The notes below the pieces were generated by a model. It was not told the DNA's origin. It made no database searches and saw only the letters and a program-made list of their open reading frames with translations. Shown one piece after another: positions 39,941 to 53,230 of a stretch of 64,000 bases of DNA. The stretch comes from Octopus sinensis (Eukaryota). Within the stretch, counting starts at the first letter, position 1; each line of letters begins with the position of its first letter. The stretch is from contig NC_042998.1 of the NCBI RefSeq assembly GCF_006345805.1, positions 130,448,001 through 130,512,000 of the forward strand, given 5' to 3'. Made by a program: the position numbers and the translations under genes.

Positions 39941-40521
39941 AGACGTCACTGCTTGTTTGTATTGCTGTGTCTATAGTTGTTATAGATTATCTCTGTCTTA
40001 TCCGTTTACGTTCTGAGTTCAAAACCTATTCCCGTTCACATATTCTTCTTTAGATAAGGGGGAGTACAAGTTTTATTATTATCGCGTGTTGGACAATTAC
40101 TGAAGTGCAACACTAACACCTGTTATGAAGTGGTCTTCCCTGAGCCCTCTTTTGAGAGTGATATCTGCCATCAGCCTAGAAATCATTGTCCTGTATAGAT
40201 CGCTCTAATTGCATTAGTACTTTTTCAAGTGCAACTTAGTAAACTCTTTGCAGTTAAAGTCAAACGAACATGTAAACAACTATGGAATTGCTTCACTTAC
40301 CTACATATTTTAAATATCAATAAATAGCTCCGTAAGTTTCACCTCCCTTTACAATTTTTTCTAGATAGATTTGTAAAGCACCAATCTATTTTGCATTTAT
40401 ATATATGGAATGAGAAACATAAGCCCAACTTATGAGTACCTTCAGTGAGAAACTTAGTTCTTTCTACTTCACGACCAGGCTTAGATATTGTTAGAAAAGT
40501 GAGATCCATAATGGTTTAATT

Positions 40522-40710
40522 ATACTCTTTCCTCTTTACTCTTTTTCTTGTTTCAGTCATTTGACTGCGGTCATGCTGGAGCACCGCCTTTAGTCGAGCA
40601 AATCGACCCCAGGACTTATTCTTTCTAAGCCTAGTACTTATTCTTCCGGACTCATTTGCCGAACCGCTAGGCTGTTAAGCGATGTTAGGGGGACAAACGC
40701 AGGCACACAA

Positions 40711-40746
<36 letters not shown>

Positions 40747-40860
40747 GTATACATATACATATATACGACGGGCTTCTTTCAGTTTCCGTCTACCAAATCT
40801 ACTCAGAAGACTTTGGTCGGCCCGAGGGTATAGTCGAAGACACTTTCCCAAATTGCCACG
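40522..40860 (-). mobile_element. SINE family B
   Basis: Same tail, body and internal (CA/TA)n; head truncated. Confidence 0.85.
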
Positions 40861-43051
40861 TGATAGAGTATTGTAGTTACGTTTTCAGTTCATCATGTTA
40901 CTAACACTAATGTCTTGATATCTAGTACTAAAAACATTAATATTCATCTGCACTACTCACTCGTCTAATAAAAGTTTTAATTGCTGCATAGCAATTTATT
41001 AATGACATATAACTATTAGACGATCGAATATTCCAGATCTCATTCAAGTATGCTTGGTACATACTTTCTGCATGCTAGTGAACTCAATGTAATTCAGAAT
41101 ATATAATTGTCTGTCATGAAGAAACTCGATAAATGTCACATAAGCAGCATTGAATCATAATCAGGTTACTAAATTCCATATTCATTCGACGTGTGGGTTT
41201 TAAAGGAAATTGTTGTGTGGATTTTAAAAGTTCTTTGTAAATAAGAGACAAGTAATGCTTCGTTACTGAAATAATTAAACTTGTTATCTTTACTCCAGTC
41301 ATACATTTATGATAAACAGAAGGTAGAAGAGCAGCATCTATTTAGAATGACTGTTAACATTCTTAACTTTGTAGTCATTTGAGAAAATGTGGGCCCGGTT
41401 GTGACCTGATAGTTTATAGTTTCTTACGACAAATCGGTGGTGACTCTCAGAGGTGACTTTCAGCGTTCATGTGTATTAGTATCACCGTTGCTTACTGAAG
41501 ATCTGATCACGAAGAAGTGATTGGGCTGAGATTCCAGTGGTAGGCTAATCAAACACACATCTTTGCACACGCGCCAGCATAAACACGTACACACACACAC
41601 ACGCACACACACATACACTCATACACACACACAATTCAACATACAGATATATATGCAAATATATATGAGTAAAAATATCGAACTATATATCAATCTATGC
41701 ATGTATATATCAATCTATCTAACGATATATATACGTATGCGTGTATGTATATGTAAGCATATATATATATATATGTGTGTGTGTGTGTTTGTGTTTCTCT
41801 GTGTGTGTGTGCATGTGTGCGTGTTTTTTTGTGTTTGTGTGTGTGTGTGTGCGTGTGTGTGTGTATGTCCACTATCTCTACACTAAATGATCCTTCTTTC
41901 CTAGTTGTCCTTTGCTGCAGAAACGATTTCGAAGTTGTTGCCTTCAGATGTGTTAGTTCCTCCGAAGTAGATTGAGCTGGAATTCTAGGGAAAACAGGTG
42001 GAATTTCTTTATGGAGATCTGTACATCCACATGATATAGGAGTCTTAAATTTCTCGGTAAGATATTGAAAACCTGTGGGGCTCCGAACGAGATATATGAA
42101 AGTAACTTATTCTAAATCTGGAAGGCTAAGATGGTATCTGTCACTACACTTTGTCTCTGTGCTCGGAGATTACCATAAATTTAAATATTATTGTTTTGCG
42201 CAAGCCCTACACCCACACGCGCATGGATACATACACATACGCTCACACATACACTCACATACATATACTTGTTTTTGAACATCAGAGCATGCCTATTCTT
42301 TTAGATTCCGTTGCCTTCTATGATTATTATTATTACCATTATTAATATTTGGTAGGGCAGCTTCCAACATCATTTTAATCTACATATCATTTTATTAGCT
42401 AGTTTTATAATATATTTCTCCATTTTTTAAAAAATTTCTTTCAACACTGTATTTTGTTGTTATTTAAAAAATATCTTTTACACTAAAAAGAAAAAAAAAT
42501 CCAGCAGTAACACTCGTTTTTGTTCAACACTACTGGAGAATATTTCCCCTGGTTTGTTACAAGATGTTTTTTTGGAATCATGAGATCATTCCTAAACAAT
42601 TTTCATTTTTTGTTTTTATTCTTTTCTTCGTCGCATTTTCTTTAGTGTAGTCTGCTGTATATATGTAACTTTTTCCCTCTTATTCATCTTAAAATAATGA
42701 AAGTTTCCATGATTATGGCAGTATTTGCTAGTCTCGTGTGGATTACTGTCGCTGCTGTATCTAATCTAATGTCCTTGTTGTGACTACATAACAACTTACT
42801 ATATTTCTATTAGAATTTGCATCATACTAACAATATGTAATCTTCATAAATCTGAGAATGCAGGCATACATTCGATAACACACCTACACATATATACACC
42901 TGCAAAATATGATTTTCTATTTCGCCACCTTTTCCCTTCTGCATGGAGTGTTCGTGCTTTTATATCCCTCCTTATAAATATATTAAGATGCCTCTGTATA
43001 TACCTATTTCTTTCTCTCTCTCTCTCTTTCTCATTCTCTCATGCTCACTGC

Positions 43052-43115
<64 letters not shown>

Positions 43116-44406
43116 CGAGGGGCGTTCAATAAGTAATGTCCCTGACCCACTTCCCATAGCAGTAGAGCAACGAAACTTGGAACAGTTATTAGTCTTTTTC
43201 TACATAGGAACCACCCAGAGTTACGCATTTCTCCCATCGTTTGATGGAGCTCTGAAGACCGTTTTTGTAGAAGACCCCAGCTTGGTCCTCCAACCTGAAC
43301 GTGACTTCAGAAATCAAGGCTGCATCATCTGGGAAACGCTTTCCTTTCAAAAACAACTTAATGGCTGGGAAGAGGTGAAAATCAGAGAGTACAAGGTCAG
43401 GAGAGTAGGGAGGATGGGGGATGAGTTCATAGCCGCACGCCTGTGCTTCTGATCTGGCGACACGTGAGTTGTGGATCGGAGCGTTGTCCTGCAGGAGGAG
43501 GATGCCTTTGCTGATCTTGCCCCGCCTCTTGATTTTGATAGCTTCTCTTAATTTCCTCAAAAGTGAAGCATAATAGGCTCCTGTAATTGTGGTACCCTTT
43601 GCCAGGAAATCTGTCATCACTACTCCGTCCTGGTCCCAGAAGACTGTAAGCATGACCTTGCCAGCGGAGGGCTGCACCCTTGCCTTCTTTGGAGGAGGTG
43701 AGTCACGGTGCTTCCACTGCATTGACTGGGCTTTGGTCTCTGGATCATAGCGATGGACCCAGGTTTTATCCTATGCAATCAGTCTTTTGAAAAATTTTGA
43801 CTCATCTTCTTGGCACATCTCCAAATTCATCCTCGAGCAATCGATGCGTTCTTGCTTCTGGAAAGGTGTGAGCAACCTGGGAATCCATCTGGCAGACACC
43901 TTTTGCATATGCAAATGGTCATGAATGATAGGTTCCACAGACCCGGTACTAATCTTGACCTCATGGGCTATTTGGCGAATAGTTATGCGTCGATCTTCCA
44001 AAATGGCAGCCTCAACTTGACAGACAGATGCCTCATCAATGGCAGAAGGGGGCGACCAGATCTGGGAGCTGTTTCCACAGAGTTCCTACCATGTTTGAAT
44101 TCACGATGCCAGCGTTTTACAAGGTCATATGATGGGGCATCATCACCATAAGTTACTTTCATTTCATCCAAAGTCTCCCGTGGTGTGCGTCCTTTCAAAT
44201 ACAAAAACCGGATCACTGCTCGACACTCAAAATGCTCCATTTCACACTTGACTCAGTTCAAACACCTGTAAATCGGAAACCAAAATTAGTTCAGAGCTGT
44301 AATTTGCCACTTAATCTATAGGGATATAAATAATTGCACATGCAAACCTCCAGCTAGATCAAACAACTGCAAGTGGGTCAGGGGCATTACTTATTGAACG
44401 CCCCTC

Positions 44407-44407
<1 letters not shown>
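43116..44407 (-). mobile_element. Full-length 1292-bp mariner DD34D element within (TA)n
   Basis: 37-bp TIRs CGAGGGGCGTTCAATAAGTAATG(T/C)CCCTGACCCACTT with one mismatch; TA flanks. Confidence 0.97.
43189..44240 (-). pseudogene. mariner transposase pseudogene (one frameshift near 44040, one in-frame stop at 43771-43773)
   Basis: HTH N-terminus RAVIRFLYLKG, RSGRP, ARWIPRLL, A*DKTWVH, QDNAPIH, HPPYSPDLVLSDFHLF (34 residues D2-D3), RWEKCV..GSYVEK. Confidence 0.95.
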
Positions 44408-44464
<57 letters not shown>

Positions 44465-45965
44465 AGTCGGACATCTATCCATTATATATCTTTCTATCCT
44501 ACCACATCCCTCACTCTCTCTCACGCACTCTCTTTGTATATACATATACACCCATGCATATATGTATGTACAAATGTATATACGTGTGTAGCGTGCGCCC
44601 GTTTGCATGTGTGCGCGGATATGTGTGTGTGTGTCTATGCGCGAGCTCTATACGTAGATATTTTATTCTTGTATTTGTTTCTTACCTTACACAGCATCCG
44701 CTCTCTGATCACGCCTTTAATGTTTTAGATCTTCATATCGTTCCCAAATATCTAACTTCGTTTATCAGTCTCTGCCATTGGAACAGCTTTATACGGAACA
44801 CAAGCAGCAGCAAAGTTGTTCAAAACAAATTTACCGTAAATGTACGGATAGATACATCAATCACACCGAACAATTGGTACAAAACTAAACACGTACATCC
44901 ACATTTATATTATGTGTGCGTTTCTCTGTAACTTTATTATCTCATATAATCAGCTCTAGGGCTGCGGCCGTGTTATATCGTCGACTACGCAATTTCTCTA
45001 TAGACTTCCTTCTATAATTGACAAAAATCACAGCAATATAAACTCTTCTCCTCAAATATATTACAACTTGTTAATGAAAATATAGCACTATATTCATAGA
45101 CTATTTGGAAGCTAAAATAGACCAGGTCTAGAAATTTTTTCTGAATAGCAAGAAAATAATTTACTGAAAAAAATGCACTTTCAAAACAAAACGTATCAGA
45201 AACCGAAATAGATCCTATAAAAGACTACATTACGTAAGTCTATGTAACAATTATGAAATGTCTGCTAACAATGAACACATTGAGAATGTAAAGCACAAAG
45301 CGAGACAAACAAGCTAAGTACAAGAATAAAGTTTTAAAATTAAACATAATACTGACCACGAAAATCCTAACCATAACAAACGAAAATATAAATAAAAGGG
45401 AATATGAGGAATATTTAAACATAGAAAATTTGAAACGTTGCTATCATAAACCTGACACTCTTAAGCATTTTGTTATAGATCTTTTGTTACATAGCAACGA
45501 AAACCTACGCATTGTTGACCATCACTGGCAATTTTAAAATAGGAGCAAACATCAACTTTTCTTGACGCATACTTGCGAGATATCAAAAATAAAGAAACGA
45601 AAGCAAAACACTGCACATAGTCTAGTGAGCATGAGAGGTTCTTTGCCGTGCATTGGATACATGAAATGAAAATATGACTTGTCTGACATGCAGACAAAGC
45701 GACGAAACCGAACTGCACACACTCGTGCACTCTCCGAGTATGGTTGACGTGTGGAGTTCGGTTGAACAGATTTCGTGGTGTATATAATAAGTAAGGCTTC
45801 CAACTAAAATACTGCCCACTACCCTACTCGTTAGAAGCGGAACAATTGTTGTTCCTTCGTCGAGTAACTGTGACGGAAGAGGTTGAGTGCTCGAGAAGAC
45901 AAACAGGGTTGTGGACAGATATTTACCACTTTGGTTGATCCCTCAACATCTTTTTTTTAGTTCCT

Positions 45966-46200
45966 ACTCTTTACTCTTTTACTCTTTTACTTGTTTCAGT
46001 CATTTGACTGTGGCCATGCTGGAGGACCGCCTTTTAGTCGAGCAAATCGACCCCAGGTCTTATTCTTTGTAAGCCTAGTACTTATTCTATCAGTCTCTTT
46101 TGCCGAACCGCTAAGTTACGGGAACGTAAACAGACCAGCATCGGTTGTCAAGCGATGTTGGGGGGACAAACACAGACACACAAACATATACATATACATA
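45966..46200 (-). mobile_element. SINE family B, 3' half
   Basis: (TACTCTTT)n tail repeats and a body close to the 34376 and 40522 copies; ends in the internal microsatellite. Confidence 0.85.
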
Positions 46201-47510
46201 CATATATACATAGATACATGTCGTCAAAGGTTTGGTCGTTCATGATTCACAACTGGTGGAATATGTTATTTTTATTGTACCAACAGCCTTTGTGTATAAT
46301 TTCTAGCTTGATGTGCCTGCTTCACATGTTTGACAATTAATACCAAGACATATAATTAAAAAAAACATCTAGAAGAATAACTGCAAGATTTAATAATGTT
46401 TTTATAAACGCAGTATGCAATTACATAAACGTGCACACAGCAAGAAATTGATTTCTAACAGAGAAACCACGTCGCGTAATTTGGAGAAGGAGAATGTTGC
46501 GTAATTCTACACCGATATTTTCCAGGTACTTTATTTTGTCGACAATGCAACTATATACTGTGATATATTTTCAAAGACGTTCAACTATAGATATATATTA
46601 TGTGCAGCTTTCTCTCCTTTAACACGGTATCTTTGTATAATCACAGATGTCTACAGATGTATACACACAAATACAAAGTAACACAATCAAGCACACACGC
46701 ATGTACACATATAAATACATACAAAATATACAAGATCATGTATGTACAGATAGATAAATAGATCGAAACATGGAGGAATCGTAGATAAATTGGCAAACTG
46801 ATCAGTGACAGATAGATAGATATATACATAGACAAGTAGGTAGGTAGGTAGACAGATGTATAGTTAGGTAGATAGATAGATAGATAGGCAGAGAAAAAAT
46901 AGTATGACCGGGTGGATGAGAGTGTCATTCGTGTAAAGGTATTGCACGTAAGATAAATTATCTTAAATATAACCTCAAAATCCTCGAGCAATGACGAATT
47001 TAATTACACAACTTATGGTACATGCATACGTACATACACACATATACACACACACACACACATGTATATCAGTAAAATATATGTAAAATTTGTGTGCGTT
47101 GTATGCATACCTTATTTTAATATTGATTTCCCCCTCTCTGTCTATCCCCTCTCTTTATCTCTTTCTTTACCTTTATCGATTTATATATACTTCTATCAGC
47201 AGAAAATTGCGTTTAGATTTTTTTTTTATCAATTAATATAAACAGCAATAATTTGACATTTAAAATGTAAACGTAAACGATCTCTAAATTATATACCATT
47301 TAGCATCTAATGCTAATTTGTGATTTCAGTTGCTGGAGTGATTCCAGTTTCGTAAGTAGCACTACATCATCGCTCTCACTAAATAAGTATATCGATATCT
47401 TTAAAGATTAGGAGACCGTAAATTCGGATATATAGACAGCAGTACTGCGGAAATATTAAAAATTAAAATCAACACCGACGTTCGTTCATTTGACTAGTTA
47501 AATAATAATA

Positions 47511-47561
<51 letters not shown>

Positions 47562-47571
47562 TAAAAATAAA

Positions 47572-47621
<50 letters not shown>

Positions 47622-47734
47622 TATGATACATATAATTATGTGTCTGTATGTGTGAGTACGCGTGAAAAAAGATTATATATGTGAGTGTGTGCCTGTGTGT
47701 GCGCGCACATATATGTATGTATGCATAGGGCTTA

Positions 47735-49220
47735 TAAATCTAATATTGTTGTATTACTCTTGAATACTGTCCTGATGTCATGTGGGCCGCCTATCTTTTG
47801 TATCTTTTCGGAGAGTCCTTTCACATAGGGTAGACAGACTGTAGACAGTTTATTGGTTTCACCCTCTCTTTCTTCATAATTGGAGTAGACGGTATGTTTT
47901 TGGTGTAGATTGTTACTGAGCTTGATCATTTCTTCGTGGTGGGTTTCGGGATCGCTACTTATATACTTTGCTCAATGATTTAGGCTCTGAGCAATTCCTC
48001 TCTTTACACTGTATTGATGGTGGGAATTGTAGTTAAGGTATCGTCCAGTGAAGGTCGGCTTGCAGTATACGGATGTTCTGGATACATACTTGGTGCGTGT
48101 TATTAATACGTCCAGGAATGCAAGTTGATTGTCGTTTTCCTTTTCCATTGTGAACTGTATGGATGGCTTTATTGAGTTCACATGATCTAACAGCACTTAG
48201 ACACCTTCTTGTTGGGGCCAGAGTATGAAGGTGTCGTCAACATATCGCATCCATAGGATTGGTTTTAGTGGTGTTGATCCTAAAGCCAAATTCTGAAAAT
48301 ATTCCATGTGTATATTGGCTATTATCAGTGATAATGGCGAATCCTTAGCTAAATCCACTTCTTGTCGATATAAATCAGTGTCCATACTGAAATATGTAGT
48401 TTCTACACAGAAGGTCAACATTTTCATCAAGTTTCTTATTGGTATACTAGTGCGCTCTTTTAGATGGGTGTCTGTTACTAGTTTTTCTGGAATCACCTAT
48501 AGTGCTTCACCAGTTGGGACTTTGGCGAACAGATTTATCACATCTAGTCTCATCACCTGGTTGGATTCAGTGGTGGGTAGCTTTGATCAATTCTGTGAAG
48601 TGGATGGTATTCGTCACGTATGATGTTGACTTTCCTGCTAATGGGCTGATTATATCCACAAGGAAGCGGCCCAGTGGATAACATGCTGAACCTCTACAGC
48701 TCACTATAGCTCTTAATGGAACATCATCCTTCTGAATAGTAGGGAAACCATACATGTGTGGTAGTTTACTGTAGTGTTGAGTCAGTTGTCTGTACTTCAT
48801 TGGTGTAAAGTGATTCTTGTTCTTGATCAAGATCTATGGCAACTTCCTCTCTGTTTTCAGAGTTGGGTCTTTCTTTTATTCGCTTTAGCTGCCATCACTT
48901 ATAAGACTTGCCAATTTTCCAGAGTAGTCAGACTTGTTCATCAACACTGTAGCATTTCCCTTGTCTGCCGGAGGTATTGTGATGAAATTGTCACTCTGTA
49001 GTCTTCTGATAGCAAACTTTTCTTCCCTAGTGATGTTTGGTTTGGGAAGTTTCGCTTTTCCAGTACCTGTCTCACTTTCCATATTAGTTCATCTCCCTGA
49101 GCTTTTGGTATCTTTACGGCTATCTCTTCAATAGAGCCTATTAGGTCCAGGTATGGAATGCGCTTGATGGTTGTCGCAAAGTTGAGACCTTTGTTTGGTA
49201 ATTCTTCTTCAGAGCTTTCT
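47735..49220 (-). mobile_element. Penelope-like element, RT portion (inverted segment)
   Basis: KGLNFA, IPPADKGNATVLM, PHMYGFPTIQK..VPLRAIVS, DVINLFAKVP, DSPLSLIIANIHME, WMRYVDDTF, QFTMEKE..LAFLDV, VYCKPT.TGRYL, LPYVKGLSEKI. Confidence 0.92.
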
Positions 49221-49741
49221 GGATGTGCGGCACATATGACATCATGACAGTATTCAAGAGTAATACAGCACTTCGCAAATATCTCCTTCGGGTAAAACGA
49301 CCAATAGAAGAGAATATGACAAAAAACTGCGAGTACTCAATCCCATGCAGCTGTGGTAGTTTATACAAAGGCGAAATATGCCGCCCCCTCAAAATAAGGG
49401 TAGAGGAACATCACAAAGCTGTGACACGAGAAGATATTGATAAATCGGGTATAGCTGATCATGTATGGGAAGATAGAGACCACCTCCCCCTGTGAGATGA
49501 AGTTAAAATAATAGATAGAGAACACTACTGGAAAATACGAAAACTAAAGTAAACAGCATATATGCTACGACACAAAAACTTCCTAAGCAGACCAAATGCA
49601 GATATGAGCAGCATATGGGAACCGGTATTAAGGAAGGATAGGAAAATATTAGATTTATAAGCCCTAAAATTCACTACATAATTACTAACGGGCATATGGC
49701 ATAGTGGTTAAGAATCCAAGATTCCGAGTTCGATTCCAGGC
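49221..49741 (+). mobile_element. Penelope-like element, GIY-YIG endonuclease portion and 3' region
   Basis: NCEYSIPCSCGSLYKGEICRPLKIRVEEH..KSGIADHVW, a GIY-YIG motif of the Penelope/Poseidon type, then a tRNA-like segment at 49690-49741. Confidence 0.88.
49697..49737 (+). promoter_or_regulatory. Pol III A-box/B-box-like pair (tRNA-derived, shortened spacer)
   Basis: TGGCATAGTGG (49697-49707) and GTTCGATTCC (49728-49737); no anticodon arm, so not a tRNA gene. Confidence 0.55.
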
Positions 49742-49775
49742 AATAATAATAATAATATAATAATAATAATAATAA

Positions 49776-49832
<57 letters not shown>

Positions 49833-49833
<1 letters not shown>

Positions 49834-51515
49834 TCCAGGGAGACACGCTCTCTCCACTCCTTTTCTGCTTGGCACTGTCACCTCTATCTGATATGCTAAA
49901 TAGAAATGGATGCGGATATAAATGTTACGGCAAAACGATCAGCCACCTTTTATATATGGATGACCTAAAACTATACGCTGCAAATGACAAACAGCTGGAA
50001 ACACTATTTAAGACAGTTCATGGATTTACCAAAGAAATAGATATGAAATTTGGATTAGAAAAATGCGCCAAAGTAACCATGAAAAGAGGAAAACTAGTTA
50101 AGAGTAACAACATCACACTAGATAAAACCAATGAAATAAAAGAATTAGACCAAAGCCAAACTTACAAATACTTAGGAATCCAAGAACTAGATAAGACACA
50201 ACACACACAAATGAAAGAGAAAATAAAAAAAGAATATTATAGACGAGTTAGATCAATACTAAAAACAGAGCTCAATGCTAAAAACAAGATAATAGGTATC
50301 AACACTTTAGCTGTCCCAGTTATAAGTTACATCTACAATATCCTTAACTGGACACGAAATGAACTGTCCAAAATAGATAGGAAAACAAGAAAAATACTGA
50401 CAGGATCTAGGATGCATCACCCAAAATCTGACATAGAAAGACTATATATACAACGTATAGAAGGTGGTAGAGGCCTTATACAGCTGGAAAACTACAATAA
50501 AATAACCACCATAGGACTGCAAAAATATCTACCGCAGAAGGAAGGAAAACTGATCCAGATAGCAGCAAAACACGAGCAAAACAAAAAACTGTTCTCAGTA
50601 TTTAAGGAAGCTGACAAATACAAACAAGAAATCATACCACCTAATAAACACGAAGAAGAAGAAGAAGATGATGAAGAAACAACAAAAGCTATAAAACAAA
50701 TGAAATCCAAACTAAAAATAGAACAGCAACGAACCATGATAAAAAGATGGCAAAAAAAGCCCCTTCATGGTAAATACTGCACTAAACTAAACGCAAAAGA
50801 AATAGACAAAGAAAAATCCCAGCAATGGTTGAGAAGCTCAGGACTCAAAGCAGAAACAGAGGGATTTTTAATTGCAGCACAAGACCAAAGCCTCCCCACC
50901 AGAAATTACCAAAAACATGTAATGAAAAGAAATATCACAAGTAACTGCAGAATATGTGGAGATGGACAAGAAACAATAAATCATATTATCTCTAGCTGCC
51001 CAGTCCTGGCTAAGAAGGAATATATTCACAGACATGACAGAGTTGGAACTTACATACATTGGAAGCTATGCCAACATTATGGAATAACAACAGAAAAAAG
51101 ATGGTATAGGCACACACCAGAAAAGGTCACAGAAAACGAGAAAGCAACCATACTCTGGGATATGCCGATACACACAGATAGAGAAATTAAGGCCAACAGA
51201 CCAGATATAGTTGTTAGAGATAATGAAGAAAAAAAATGCTTTCTAATTGATGTATCAATACCGGCAGATGACAACGTGTCTCTAAAAGAAATGGAGAAAC
51301 TCTCAAAATACAAAGACCTGGAAATAGAGGTAACTAGAACGTGGAATCTGAAAACAGAAACAATTCCTATCATAGTAGGTGCATTAGGCATGATAAAAAA
51401 ATATTCAGACAAATGCATAACAAAAACACCAGGACTTACAAACACATATAACATACAGAAAATTGCACTACTAGGCACTGCACACATCCTACGCAGAACA
51501 CTTTCCATACAATAA
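49833..51515 (+). CDS. Partial ORF: RT C-terminal half, CCHC zinc knuckle and restriction-like endonuclease (5'-truncated, no native start)
   Basis: IQGDTLSPLLF, HLLYMDDLKLY, YKYLG, CRICGDGQETINHIISSC, RHD, RPDIVV..LIDVSIP..EKLSKY (PD-(D/E)xK type). Confidence 0.93.
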
Positions 51516-51609
51516 CCATCAGAGCATCACAACAAATCACAGCACATACCCAAGGCACACAGAGCTGCGCTCGGTAGTGAAGTGAAAGCACGCTATAAAA
51601 ATAAAACTA

Positions 51610-51612
<3 letters not shown>
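49833..51612 (+). mobile_element. Young 5'-truncated R4/Dong non-LTR retrotransposon inserted in (AAT)n
   Basis: Uninterrupted frame, ~97-bp 3' UTR ending CTACTG, (AAT)n on both flanks. Confidence 0.95.
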
Positions 51613-51683
<71 letters not shown>

Positions 51684-51705
51684 CAACAACAACAACAACA
51701 ACAAC

Positions 51706-51855
51706 ATCGAAAAATACTTTAGGAATGAGAACCCAAGTTAGAAATTCCCCCAAGAGGGTAAATCAGCCGAAACGTTGTGGTGACAACAAATAAGATGAGG
51801 ACAAATATCCGTCAAATGTAAATAACGAATATAATTCTCTTAAATATAGAACTAT
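51706..51855 (+). mobile_element. Probable continuation of the Penelope 3' terminal region, with half a hammerhead
   Basis: CAGCC GAAAC GTT GTG (3' half of a PLE-type hammerhead with palindromic AACGTT) just beyond the (AAT)/(AAC) tract; the CUGANGA half is absent. Confidence 0.5.
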
Positions 51856-51879
51856 TAAATATAGAACTGTATTATTTAG

Positions 51880-53230
51880 GAGCTTGCTCGATATAAATTT
51901 AAAACCTTTGTGCAAATTGGTTTCTTGTCTCATCAGAGATGGCAGGGAGAATAGATGAAGAGTTCATCCTAGTTAGCTCTGAGGTAACCAGTCTCTACGT
52001 AAATATTATAAAATGGTTAGGGTTAGAAGCAAGGTGATCGTGGACATACAAATACTTATAGGGGATTCAGGAGGGATTCCCTAAAAAATGTATAATTATA
52101 GCATTGCACTTGGTACTGGAAAACAACTACTGATTCTTTGGTAAGTAATATCTACCAATACAAGGGCACGAATATCGCACTGACGTTGAGGACTTTAGCA
52201 ATAGGATCCCGGGAAGAATAAAACCTATAATCTGTCTAGAATTACATTTGATCAACATTTCCATGCCAATGTAAGAGAGAAGCTGCAATATATTCATGGG
52301 TGACTGCTTCATATTTTGAAACAAATGTAAGAGGGACCTTGCAGTATTCATTAAATTAATAAACAACATTCATGAATCACTCCAGTTTACTATGGAAATG
52401 AATGAAATGTAACTCATTTTTGTAGATAGAAAAAAATGAGAGAAAATGCTAGGACGTATGCACACAACAATATTTAGATTTTAGATCATGCCACAGTCCC
52501 CACATAAAACGAAACATACCTTTCAATATGACAAACCGTATGGAAATTTAAAAGAAAAATGACTGGTAGGGCTAAGTACGCTTCTTCAAAAACAGAAATA
52601 CTCCAAAATGCTAATAGATTATGCCATATTAAAAGGAAACGAAATCCCAGTCCTCACCTTGCTGAGAAACGGTAACACTGAGTATGAAAGCAAAAATATA
52701 AATATTCTGTTTGTAGTGATCCATAGTCGAAGAACCACAACTTCCTCTATTTGTCTAAACATACCTCCCAAATCTACACCAATCATCAAATCTGTGGCAA
52801 GTAATGAAAAAATCATAAATCATCAAGGACCGAAAACGACCAACACATCTCAAGAGACTCCTAACAAAACGAGATTCACATCGAAGAAAGAAGTAAAGGA
52901 GGTAACTCAAGATGGATGCCCCATTGTGAAACGTGATAGAATTTATCAAGGAACAACTAGAAGATTCAAGAATTGAAAGCAGATTCAATGTGAATGCAAA
53001 TATGAATTGGAAAACAATAAATCTCACAACTGCGTCTCACGCCCACGATGCATGAAGAATCCTAGAGGAAAACAGGACAAACTAACCAGCGGTGCAAATG
53101 CACGCGAACAGAATATTATAAATTCATCTCTTAGAATATTTCATGTAGTAGACATCTAGACAATTGTGCATATGAAAAGACAAAAATGATCGACTATGAA
53201 TAATAATGACTCACAAATGATCAACTATGA
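51880..53230 (+). mobile_element. Heavily decayed Penelope-like (Neptune-type) element
   Basis: Frameshifted EVTSLYVNI, QFTME, QYLDFRSCHSPHIKRNIPF, FNVNANMN, RHLDNCA. Confidence 0.6.

Noticed and set aside
43189-43722. SETMAR-like host gene
   Set aside because: No SET domain; the ORF lies within TIRs and is disrupted, so it is a plain mariner.
44955-45000. Possible Helitron 3' end (GC-rich stretch plus CTAG on the minus strand)
   Set aside because: Hairpin is imperfect and no 5' TC end or second copy was identified.
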